Made by a program: the position numbers and the translations under genes. Positions 17,016-25,293 of a stretch of 45,702 nucleotides of DNA are shown here, piece after piece (within the stretch, counting starts at the first letter, position 1; every line of letters begins with the position of its first letter). The notes beneath the pieces were generated by a model. It was not told the origin of the DNA, ran no database searches, and saw nothing but the letters and a program-made list of their open reading frames with translations. Origin of the DNA: Akkermansiaceae bacterium (GTDB lineage Bacteria > Verrucomicrobiota > Verrucomicrobiia > Verrucomicrobiales > Akkermansiaceae); the NCBI GenBank assembly GCA_031430055.1, contig JANPAU010000094.1, forward strand, positions 1 through 45,702, in the 5' to 3' direction.

Positions 17016-18485
17016 ATGTCTTCAATTTTCCATGGTCACTCGGTAAATTCTGGTTGGCGCTGGGATCACTCTTATGCCCGGTTACCGGAAATTTTTTTCA
17101 AGCGAACTCATCCAGGGCCGGTCAGTTCGCCGCGCCTAGTTGTTTTCAATCGTCCTCTGGCAGTTGCCTTGGGACTGGACCTTGCCCTGCTGGAAAAATC
17201 CGGCATTTTCGCGGGCAACGAAATCCCAGAAGGTGCAGACCCCATTGCCCAAGCATACGCCGGACATCAATTCGGAAACTTTACGAGCCTAGGAGATGGT
17301 CGGGCAATTCTGCTAGGCGAGCAGATCACGCCTGACGGCAGCCGCTTCGACATTCAATTGAAAGGCTCCGGTCGAACTCCCTACTCGCGGGGTGGTGATG
17401 GTCGCGCGGCCCTTGGCCCGATGCTGCGCGAATACATCATCAGCGAAGCGATGCACGCGCTCGGCATCCCGACTACCCGTAGCCTCGCGGTAACCACGAC
17501 GGGTGACGAAGTGATCCGCAATGAAACTCTAGCAGGTGCCGTCTTGACAAGGGTCGCCGCCAGCCACATCCGCGTGGGAACCTTCCAGCACGCCGCAGCG
17601 CATGAAGATCTAGCAGCGTTACGCACATTGGCCGATCACACCCGGAAACGCCATTTCCCGGAAATCACCGATGGCGAATCGAGCGACTTTGAATTCTTCC
17701 AAAGTGTGATGGATCGCCAGGCTGAATTGATCGCGAAATGGATGCACGTCGGCTTCATCCACGGCGTGATGAATACCGACAACATGGCGCTTTCCGGCGA
17801 GACCATCGACTACGGCCCTTGTGCCTTCATGGATAATTATGATCCAGACACCGTATTCAGTTCGATTGATCGCCAGGGGCGTTATGCGTATGGCAACCAA
17901 GCCGCAATTGCTCGCTGGAATCTTGCCCGTCTTGCAGAAGCGATGTTGCCATTGCTTTCTAAGGACCGAGGGAAAGCTGTCGATCTCGCCAATGAAGCCC
18001 TTGGAAGTTTTGAAGGGAAATTTCAACATGCCTGGCTCATGGGCATGAGGGCGAAACTGGGGCTTTATACGATTGAATCCGAGGATGGCGGGCTGGTTCA
18101 AAGTCTCTTAAATTGGATGCATCAAAACCACTTGGATTTTACTAACACATTCCGTGCCTTGAGTAATGAAAGCGCGATCGCTGAACCAAGCATTATCGAT
18201 CCTGACTTCCTTGGATGGCATGAGCAGTGGAACTCCCGCCTAAGCCGCCAGCCTCAGTCATCCACGGAAGCCGTGGTTCAGATGCGGGCAAATAATCCCG
18301 CGGTGATTCCCCGCAACCACAAGGTGGAGGAGGCACTCACCGCCGCCACGCAGCATGGGGATTTCACGGTGATGGAGCGCTTGCTCGTCGCGCTGGCGAA
18401 TCCCTACGGGAATGAAGTCTCTCAGGAATACACTGCGCCACCTGCTGCTGGCTCACCCATCTATCAGACATTCTGTGGCACTTGA
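17016..18485 (+). CDS. selO: Protein adenylyltransferase SelO / YdiU
   Basis: YAGHQFG, LGDGRA, QLKGSGRTPYSR, GFIHGVMNTDNM, IDYGP; C-terminal TFCGT. Confidence 0.96.
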   Translation: MSSIFHGHSVNSGWRWDHSYARLPEIFFKRTHPGPVSSPRLVVFNRPLAVALGLDLALLEKSGIFAGNEIPEGADPIAQAYAGHQFGNFTSLGDGRAILLGEQITPDGSRFDIQLKGSGRTPYSRGGDGRAALGPMLREYIISEAMHALGIPTTRSLAVTTTGDEVIRNETLAGAVLTRVAASHIRVGTFQHAAAHEDLAALRTLADHTRKRHFPEITDGESSDFEFFQSVMDRQAELIAKWMHVGFIHGVMNTDNMALSGETIDYGPCAFMDNYDPDTVFSSIDRQGRYAYGNQAAIARWNLARLAEAMLPLLSKDRGKAVDLANEALGSFEGKFQHAWLMGMRAKLGLYTIESEDGGLVQSLLNWMHQNHLDFTNTFRALSNESAIAEPSIIDPDFLGWHEQWNSRLSRQPQSSTEAVVQMRANNPAVIPRNHKVEEALTAATQHGDFTVMERLLVALANPYGNEVSQEYTAPPAAGSPIYQTFCGT

Positions 18486-18550
18486 TTTCGCATAGACTTG
18501 CGTTCCTTTCCAACCTTGTCATTCAACGAGAATTCAGCTTCATTTGAATT

Positions 18551-18961
18551 GTGCAGAGTCCTATTACTTCCGACAAAATTACCGCATTGGAACAACGGAT
18601 GGAGGCACTTGGGATCCGAGCTGCCGATCTGCTGGAAAAGTTCGTGCGTGGCTCAGGGGCGGGCGGACAAAAAATTAACAAGACGTCGAACTGCGTGTTT
18701 CTCAAACACCTGCCGACGGGCGTTTGCATCAAGTGTCAGATGGACCGCTCCCGCGAAATGAACCGCTTCCTTGCACGCCGTGAACTTTGCGAGCAACTGG
18801 AATCGATCCGTGACGGTAAATCCGTGGCAAAAACCCAAGCGATCGAAAAAATGCGCCGCACGAACCGTCCACGGTCGCGCAACTCGAAAAACCGGAGCGT
18901 CGCAGACAAACGCAATCTCTCGCAGAAAAAGTCGATGCGCAAACCGCCATCGGGTGATTGA
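18551..18961 (+). CDS. Short class I release factor homologue (ArfB-like peptidyl-tRNA hydrolase)
   Basis: FVRGSGAGGQKINKT GGQ domain, RSREMNR, long basic C-terminal tail, no codon-recognition domain. Confidence 0.88.
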   Translation: MQSPITSDKITALEQRMEALGIRAADLLEKFVRGSGAGGQKINKTSNCVFLKHLPTGVCIKCQMDRSREMNRFLARRELCEQLESIRDGKSVAKTQAIEKMRRTNRPRSRNSKNRSVADKRNLSQKKSMRKPPSGD

Positions 18962-19036
18962 TCGGCGGAACAGAACTGGATTTGCCCATCCGTCTTCTCC
19001 ATTGACCAATTCTCTACAGCTCGCGAATCTCCGGCC

Positions 19037-19912
19037 ATGCATTCAATGACAGGATTCGGCCGGGGTTCCGCCGCGACAGACGCGTGGCAGGCCAGCGTGG
19101 AGATCAGCGCGGTCAATCGCAAGCAGGCTGAAGTGGTCTTGCAAGCGCCCCGCGAACTCAACGAACTGGATGCCCGAATCCGCAAAGCCGTGCTTGGCAC
19201 CGTTTCGCGGGGCCGTATCCAAGTATCGATCAGCATCGAACCCGCTGCCGGGGCGCTCGGCGATTTCCGGATCGATCCAGCGCTTGCTCTCGCGTTTTCC
19301 AATGCTTTTGTGGTGTTAGGAAAAACGGTGGGTTATCCCGTAGTCCCCGCTGCCGCAGACTTCCTGCGCCAACCGGGCTTGATCGCTGCGGGAAATAGTG
19401 AAATGGATGCCGAAGCTGCATGGCTTGCCGTAGAACCCGCCCTGGGCGATGCGCTGAAACAACTTGCTGCCATGCGCGAGTCTGAGGGCGGTCACCTCAA
19501 GGCCGATTTTCTCGCCCGCCTCGACCTCCTCGTGTCCTTCGCCCGGAAAATCGCCACCGAGGCCCCCGGCCGCCCCATCCGCCAGCGCGAGCTGCTAGGC
19601 AAACGTCTCCGCGATGCCGGCCTCGATCTCGATCCCACCGACGAGCGAGTGCTCAAGGAAATCGCACTCTTCGCCGATCGCTGCGACGTCAGTGAGGAAA
19701 TCACCCGGCTGGACTCTCACTTCGCAAAATTTCGCGAATATCTAGACGCCGCCGAGCCACCGGGACGGGCTTTGGACTTCCTCTGTCAGGAATTGTTTCG
19801 AGAATTCAACACCATCGGCTCGAAAGCGAATGATGCGTCGATCGCGCAAACCATCGTCGAGGCGAAGACGGAGTTGGAAAAAATCCGCGAGCAGGTGCAG
19901 AACGTGGAGTGA
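19037..19912 (+). CDS. yicC: YicC/YloC family endoribonuclease
   Basis: MHSMTGFGRG, DVSEEITRL.SH, GRALDFLCQELFREFNTIGSKA, EKIREQVQNVE. Confidence 0.95.
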   Translation: MHSMTGFGRGSAATDAWQASVEISAVNRKQAEVVLQAPRELNELDARIRKAVLGTVSRGRIQVSISIEPAAGALGDFRIDPALALAFSNAFVVLGKTVGYPVVPAAADFLRQPGLIAAGNSEMDAEAAWLAVEPALGDALKQLAAMRESEGGHLKADFLARLDLLVSFARKIATEAPGRPIRQRELLGKRLRDAGLDLDPTDERVLKEIALFADRCDVSEEITRLDSHFAKFREYLDAAEPPGRALDFLCQELFREFNTIGSKANDASIAQTIVEAKTELEKIREQVQNVE

Positions 19913-19914
19913 GC

Positions 19915-19979
19915 GTGATTCAGACATTCCTGTCTGAAATTTGATCGCAAGGAAGAACAGGCAGGAATAGCCGAATCAT
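19915..19979. repeat. REP-like inverted repeat between convergent genes
   Basis: GTGATTCAGACATTCCTGTCTG ... CAGGCAGGAATAGCCGAATCAT; same family as 1433-1502. Confidence 0.7.
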
Positions 19980-20476
19980 ATTAGATCGATTCCAGCGAGA
20001 TCTCGGTCCTCGCGGGCGGATTCCAGGTAGGATTCATCCATCTGGATTGCTTGTCGCAGATGACTGCGGGCACGCGGGCCTTCGCCGAGCGTCCAAAGGT
20101 AGCAGGCGAGATTGTAGTGGAAGACCGCCATTTCAAAAAGTGTCTTGGGTCCGCGCAGCAGTTGATTGCAAGCCGCCAGGGTATCGCCGGTCTCATGGAG
20201 GCAGTAGGCGGCCCGCAGGAAAAACTCGGGCTCATCCTCGGCCTTGATACAGAGCAGCCGCGCGGTCTCGGAAGCGGCATTCCATTGCTCGCGGTCCATT
20301 TGTGCTGCCAGTTTTAACTCCAGCGGAGCTCGTAAACGCTGGACCTCCGTGGGCAGCGCTTGGAGTTCATACAAAGCCTCGTCCGCGAGACCTAATTCCA
20401 GCCAACCCGCAGCCGCACGTAACGTTTTTGTCACCACCATTCGAGGGACGCTAGAAGAAGCAGGCGTCAGTGGCAA
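19976..20476 (-). CDS. Tetratricopeptide repeat protein (start uncertain)
   Basis: AAGWLELGLADEAL, AYCLHE, HYNLACY...A...LRQAI...AREDRDL TPR end pattern. Confidence 0.85.
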   Translation of the reverse strand: MPLTPASSSVPRMVVTKTLRAAAGWLELGLADEALYELQALPTEVQRLRAPLELKLAAQMDREQWNAASETARLLCIKAEDEPEFFLRAAYCLHETGDTLAACNQLLRGPKTLFEMAVFHYNLACYLWTLGEGPRARSHLRQAIQMDESYLESAREDRDLAGIDLI

Positions 20477-20862
20477 TCATTCAGCCACTAAAAATCGCGG
20501 GTTTGCTCGTTCGCTAAGGCTGGATTTGCCTGCAAGGCCTCTTATTCCAAGAAAAAGAGGCTTGCCGGATTTCATCCTCGGGCATATTAAATCTCGTCAG
20601 ACGGATTTTGTGTGCTCGGATGAATGAATTTCTCCCTCACTTCAAGATGACGATCTCCGGCACCCGCCGCTCAATGTTTTCACTGGAACGATACGATTTG
20701 AACTCCCCAACCGATCTCTTGGATCGGCTCCGACTTGCTGTCTCTGATCTATGATCCGGCGCTCGTTCCATCGTTCCGCACCCTTCTTCGCACCGAATTC
20801 GTGCGGCGGCATAGTCCGTCCGTGCAGCGGCGTGTCGCACCCACTCACTGGAGGACAAAACC

Positions 20863-21573
20863 ATCGCTAAGCCACAAAGAGATCCAAATAGGGGTCGTTA
20901 CCGCGACATGACGCGGATCAACGACCGAATCCGTGCCCCGAAAGTCCGCGTCGTCATGGCGTCAGGCGAGCAACTCGGCGTCATGAACTCCCGCGACGCA
21001 CTCGCAAAAGCGCAATCACTCGGACTCGACCTTGTCGAAATCGCCGGCCAAGTGGACCCACCAGTCTGCAAGATCGTCGATTACGGGAAATACAAGTATG
21101 AGCAGGCGAAGCTGAAAAAGCAAAAGTCGAAGAGCGCCACCCGCATGAAGGAAGTAAAATTCCGCGTCGGCACTGGCCAGCACGACTACAACATCAAGCT
21201 GGGCCGCGCCGAAGGATTCCTTGAGGGAAATCACAAGTGCCGCTTCGTCCTTCAGTTCCGGGGGCGTGAAAATGCGCACAAAGATTTAGGCTTCGTGGTC
21301 CTCAATCGGATCGTAGAAGATCTGAAGACGATGGCTCAGGTGGACCAACCACCACGTCTCAACGGACGCGCCGTCGCCATGATTCTTTCGCCACTTCCGG
21401 CTCACCAGCGGAAGCGCAAGTTCCACCTCTTCCATGGTGAACTGATGGAAGAAGACGATTTCGAAACTGACGAAGCCAACGACGAAGAGATCCCCGATGA
21501 CGACTTCGTGCCAGATGAAGTTCCTGAAGAAGCTCCGGCCTCGCAGGAAACTGAAGAAGCTCCCAAGGCTTGA
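20863..21573 (+). CDS. infC: Translation initiation factor IF-3 (probable ATC start at 20863; first ATG at 20908)
   Basis: RINDRIRAPKVRVV, LDLVEIA...PPVCKIVDYGKYKY, KEVKFR, FRGRE; GGAGG Shine-Dalgarno 8 nt before an in-frame ATC. Confidence 0.95.
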   Translation: MAKPQRDPNRGRYRDMTRINDRIRAPKVRVVMASGEQLGVMNSRDALAKAQSLGLDLVEIAGQVDPPVCKIVDYGKYKYEQAKLKKQKSKSATRMKEVKFRVGTGQHDYNIKLGRAEGFLEGNHKCRFVLQFRGRENAHKDLGFVVLNRIVEDLKTMAQVDQPPRLNGRAVAMILSPLPAHQRKRKFHLFHGELMEEDDFETDEANDEEIPDDDFVPDEVPEEAPASQETEEAPKA

Positions 21574-21582
21574 TTTTCATCG

Positions 21583-21614
21583 GGCCGTGGCGGCGATTTC
21601 TAATCGCCACGGCC
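21583..21614 (+). terminator. GC-rich hairpin after infC
   Basis: GGCCGTG(GCG)GCGATT-TCT-AATCGCCACGGCC; no clear U tract. Confidence 0.45.
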
Positions 21615-21660
21615 TGAAGTAACCCTTGGCATGGCGGTTGGAAACCACCGCCACGAATTC

Positions 21661-22320
21661 ATGCTCTATCTTTTCGACATTGATGGCACGCTGGTCGACA
21701 CTGGCGGTGCGGGAATGGCAGCGCTGAACGAAGCGACCTGTGAGATTTTCGGCCACGAAGGTCCGGCGCTCGATCTAGCAGGCAGCACGGATCTGGGAAT
21801 CGTCGCAAACATTCACCATCACTTCCAGGTGGAGCCCACTCGCGAGCGTTTCGACGCCTACTTGGAAGTCTATCTGGGGCGGCTGGACTGGAATCTCGCT
21901 CACGGCGGATATCCCGGGCGAGTTTATGATGGAGTCACCGAACTCCTCGTCACCCTCATTGCGCAATCCGACTCGACCGTCGGACTCCTCACCGGCAATG
22001 CCGCCGGCGGTGCGGCAGCGAAGATGCGGCACTTCGGCCTCGCAGATCATTTCCCCTTCGGGGCCTACGGTTGCGACCATGCCGACCGCAATCGACTCGG
22101 CCCCATCGCCCTCAAGCGAGCCTCCGCCCACGCGGGAAAATCATTCAGCCCAAGCGAGACCTGGGTCATCGGCGACACCCCGAAGGACATCGCCTGCGCC
22201 CACGCGATTGGCGCCCGCTGCCTAGCAGTCGCCACTGGGAGTTTTTCCGCCGCCCAGCTCAGAGCCCATGGTGCCGATCAAGTCGTCGAGACCTTGGTCC
22301 ATGAGATCGCTTGGGTTTGA
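21661..22320 (+). CDS. HAD-family hydrolase (phosphoglycolate phosphatase-like)
   Basis: Motif I FDIDGTL, LLTGN, VIGDTPKDIACA; alternative start at 21631. Confidence 0.92.
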   Translation: MLYLFDIDGTLVDTGGAGMAALNEATCEIFGHEGPALDLAGSTDLGIVANIHHHFQVEPTRERFDAYLEVYLGRLDWNLAHGGYPGRVYDGVTELLVTLIAQSDSTVGLLTGNAAGGAAAKMRHFGLADHFPFGAYGCDHADRNRLGPIALKRASAHAGKSFSPSETWVIGDTPKDIACAHAIGARCLAVATGSFSAAQLRAHGADQVVETLVHEIAWV

Positions 22321-22324
22321 GGCA

Positions 22325-22346
22325 AATTGCGGATAATTCCGCAATT
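22325..22346. promoter_or_regulatory. Palindromic operator candidate upstream of the HiPIP gene
   Basis: AATTGCGGA-TAAT-TCCGCAATT, a perfect 9-bp inverted repeat. Confidence 0.45.
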
Positions 22347-22413
22347 CTCAGCGTGCATTTTTCCTGAAATGTCCTAACTATTTGTGTCGTTTCATTAAAA
22401 CAGAACAAACACC

Positions 22414-22749
22414 ATGAACACCCGCCGTAATTTCCTGAGTAAACTCGCCGTCTCCGCTGCCATGCCTGTCATCCTGTGTGGCCACGCTTTCGGTCAAGCA
22501 CCGCCACCGGTAAAACTTGAAGAGAGCGATCCAGTAGCTACCGCCCTCGGCTACAAAGAAGACACCACCAAGGTGGATGCCGCCAAGTATCCTCTCCACA
22601 AGGCGGAGCAACGGTGTGACAACTGCGCACTCTATCAAGGAAAGCCCGGCGAAGCCAGCGGCCCTTGCACTGCTTTTGGAGGTAAGCTGGTCACCGCCGC
22701 CGGTTGGTGCTCGGTCTGGGTGAAAAAGCCTGAGCCAGTGAAACCGTAA
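22414..22749 (+). CDS. High-potential iron-sulfur protein (HiPIP), Tat-exported
   Basis: TRRNFL Tat motif; DPVATALGY, CDNCALY, C..F.GKLV...GWCSVW with four Cys ligands. Confidence 0.93.
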   Translation: MNTRRNFLSKLAVSAAMPVILCGHAFGQAPPPVKLEESDPVATALGYKEDTTKVDAAKYPLHKAEQRCDNCALYQGKPGEASGPCTAFGGKLVTAAGWCSVWVKKPEPVKP

Positions 22750-22777
22750 GCCAGCCGAGACGGCCTTTTTTACTTTC

Positions 22778-22814
22778 AGCCTCCTTCCGCCGATCAGGCG
22801 GAGGGAGGCTTTTT
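22778..22814 (+). terminator. Rho-independent terminator
   Basis: AGCCTCCTTCCGCC-GATCA-GGCGGAGGGAGGCT followed by TTTT. Confidence 0.85.
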
Positions 22815-22938
22815 AGTATAGTGCTGCGGATGAGGATTTGTGGAAATACTCATGGCGGGAAAGTGGCTGGCGCGTCTCGCGCCAGACCGTTGCGGAGGCG
22901 TCTCGCCTCGCGCATTCTGACTCTGGGCGGGACGGCCC

Positions 22939-23095
22939 AATACTGTCACTTTAAGAATTTTTAACCGCAGATGAACACAGATGGACGCAGATGAAGAACA
23001 CGGATAACGATTGGATTTTCTCTCTGTCCATTTGCGTCCATCCTGTTCATCTGCGGTTCGATTTTCTGATTCTTTTGAACTAAGCTGACAGTATT
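22939..23095. mobile_element. MITE-like element (157 bp) with an internal hairpin repeat
   Basis: Terminal inverted repeats AATACTGTCA/TGACAGTATT; internal AACCGCAGATGAACA...TGTTCATCTGCGGTT. Confidence 0.65.
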
Positions 23096-23132
23096 AGGCG
23101 GGACGCCCGGACAACGAACTGGAGCGAGACGC

Positions 23133-23649
23133 CAGTTGTGTTCGGCACGCGATTAGTTTCCCGTGGAATTTCTAACGATACTGCCAATTTGGTTGCCTTG
23201 CCGTCCTCGCTGCAAAGGTTCGCCTAACGAAGAGGCCGTTTTCGCCTTATCTTCTGTACACGGCTCCGCGACGCGACGCTTGTGCGTCGCATTCCGCCCA
23301 ATTCCCTCAGTTCCGCTTTTTCGCGGGGCCGAGTGCTGCTGCCAGCTCTTCGTCGGTGGCCCAACCCATCATCCAGAACCTCAGCCTTTCCATCATGCGC
23401 TTGGTGGGGAGTTTCCCGCCGCGCCGCGAGAGCAGCAGCGCGGCGTTCAGCGTGCAATAGACCTGGGTTGCCACGCTGTCCTCGCTCTCCGCCAGCCAGT
23501 GGCGGTAGGGCAGGAGGCATTTGAGCCGCCGGAAAAACAGCTCGGTGGTCCAGCGCTGTTTGTAGATCTCGCAAAGTCCTCGCATCGTGTCCACAACGGG
23601 ATTGAGCAGGATGAAGAGAATCATGGAGATGCGATGCCGAACAGAACTG
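23133..23649 (-). mobile_element. Internally deleted IS4-family element (517 bp)
   Basis: TIRs CAGTTGTGTTCGGCA / TGCCGAACAGAACTG (14/15); 9-bp flanking direct repeat GCGAGACGC/GCGTGACGC; transposase C-terminal remnant YKQRWTTELFFRRLK at about 23307-23580. Confidence 0.85.
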
Positions 23650-23757
23650 GCGTGACGCATCAGCCACGTTTCCACAAATCATGACGCGCGGTAGTATCGA
23701 ATCTCTTCTACGGAGTTTCCCGTCGCATTTTTTGCGATTTCCCTTAGTCTCCCTTAT

Positions 23758-25098
23758 ATGGACCCTGTCCCGACAAAAACCCATCGCGACTATTGGCTCA
23801 CGAAAGCCAACCAAGTCGCTCGCCAAGTGAACTTCGCCTGGTGGCTGGAAACCCTAGCCACGCCGCTACTCATCGCAGCAGTCGTCGGGGCTACCGGATT
23901 GCTCATCATGAGACGCGAGCTTTTAAATCTCGAACCCTGGATTCTCGCGACGTGTGTCGGCGGCGCACTTTTCCTGCTGGCGCTTTCCTGCTGGGCATGG
24001 GCAACGAGAAAATTCGAACAACCTGAGCAATCGTTAGTAAGAATCGAGGCTGCCATGCGCTTAAAAAACCAGCTCTCCGCCGCTAGCGCAGGCGTCGCTC
24101 CGTGGCCCGCCCCCGTGGCGCGAATCGATGCAGGGTTGACGTGGCAGTGGCCGCGCCTGCTCGTTCCACCGCTTGGTGCTTTGTTATTGTTAGCCGCGGG
24201 AATCTGGATCCCCATGACGCCGCGAAGTCTCAACTCACCCGGAACCCACGAGCAACCTCAAGCGTGGAAACAACTCAGCACCGAGTTCGACCAACTCACC
24301 AAAGAAGAAGTCGTCGATGAAAAATACCTCGAAGAAACGCGCAAGAAACTCGACGAGCTCAAGTCCCAAGAAGAAGAACAATGGTTCAGTCATTCATCGC
24401 TCGAAGCCACCGATTCCTTGAAGAAATCTCACCGCGCCGAAGGCGAGCGCGTCGAGAGGGATCTCGGGCGAGCTGAAAAGGCCCTCGCCAATCTCGAAAA
24501 AAACGCCGGTTCCACCAACCAAGCCGAGAAGAACCGGATGATGGAAGAATTCGATCAAGCGCTCCAAGGTCTACAAAACGGCGCCATGAAACCCAATTCC
24601 AAACTGCTCGAACAAATGAAACAGCTCGACCTCAAAAACTTTTCCAAGCTCTCCCCCGAGCAAATGCAACAGCTCCGCGAGAATTTAAAAAAGAACGCAG
24701 ACGCCATGAAAAATGGCCAATGCAAGAGCGAGGGCCAAGACTGGTCCGACGAATTGCTTGCCGGAGACGGCGAGGGAGAAGGCGAGGGAAATGAAAATGG
24801 CGAAGGCCCAGGACAAGGTGGAGTCACACGCGGTCCCGGTCACGATCCAAAACTGCTAGGCGCAGAAAAAGACCGCGTGGAAACCGGCGCCCTCACCGGC
24901 CTCGAAGCCAAGGACCTTTCCCAAGCGACACCTGGCGACTTGCTCGAACTTCAAGACGGCGAGCACGAGGTGGACAAGTCCGCCTCCACCGCTTCGCAAG
25001 GCGGTGTCACCGACGCCACCGGCAAAGGCGGCGATCGCGTCTGGCGGGATTCGCTCGATCCTGCGGAACAACGGACACTGAAGCGATTTTTTGAGTAG
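23758..25098 (+). CDS. Hypothetical membrane protein with coiled coil and a Gly/Glu-rich tail
   Basis: Three hydrophobic segments, a long Q/E/K-rich helical region, GxGxGGVTRGPG, and ends LKRFFE. Confidence 0.8.
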   Translation: MDPVPTKTHRDYWLTKANQVARQVNFAWWLETLATPLLIAAVVGATGLLIMRRELLNLEPWILATCVGGALFLLALSCWAWATRKFEQPEQSLVRIEAAMRLKNQLSAASAGVAPWPAPVARIDAGLTWQWPRLLVPPLGALLLLAAGIWIPMTPRSLNSPGTHEQPQAWKQLSTEFDQLTKEEVVDEKYLEETRKKLDELKSQEEEQWFSHSSLEATDSLKKSHRAEGERVERDLGRAEKALANLEKNAGSTNQAEKNRMMEEFDQALQGLQNGAMKPNSKLLEQMKQLDLKNFSKLSPEQMQQLRENLKKNADAMKNGQCKSEGQDWSDELLAGDGEGEGEGNENGEGPGQGGVTRGPGHDPKLLGAEKDRVETGALTGLEAKDLSQATPGDLLELQDGEHEVDKSASTASQGGVTDATGKGGDRVWRDSLDPAEQRTLKRFFE

Positions 25099-25293
25099 TC
25101 CTGGAAGCGTCTGGAACGGGGATGATGCATTGGGTCGAAGCTCCAAAGAACTCCTTCCTCGGAGGTGTGCAAACTCGGATCGAGAGGATAGACTTTGGAT
25201 TACGCAGTAGCACAATCCACGGGCGAATTGCTTCTGGAGTCTTCGGCATTGGTCTTGCCGCCGGGGCGATGACTGTCAAAGCTGAATTAAGAT

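Larger units (their letters stand above)
22835..23680. repeat. Composite REP-like palindrome interrupted by two insertions
   Basis: Outer inverted repeat GATTTGTGGAAA/TTTCCACAAATC; inner arms GTGGCTGGCGCGTCTCGC and GCGTGACGCATCAGCCAC; GGCGTCTCGCC/GGCGGGACGCC units. Confidence 0.7.

Noticed and set aside
18470-18485. Possible selenocysteine read-through at the end of selO
   Set aside because: The protein ends in the normal bacterial TFCGT with Cys; the TGA is at the expected stop position
22962-23058. Short repeated CAGATG units as a possible CRISPR array
   Set aside because: They form an inverted hairpin without regular repeat-spacer periodicity, and there are no cas genes
23163-23826. ORFs 23163-23684 (+) and 23224-23826 (-)
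   Set aside because: Alternate frames across the IS4 remnant, with no coherent protein features
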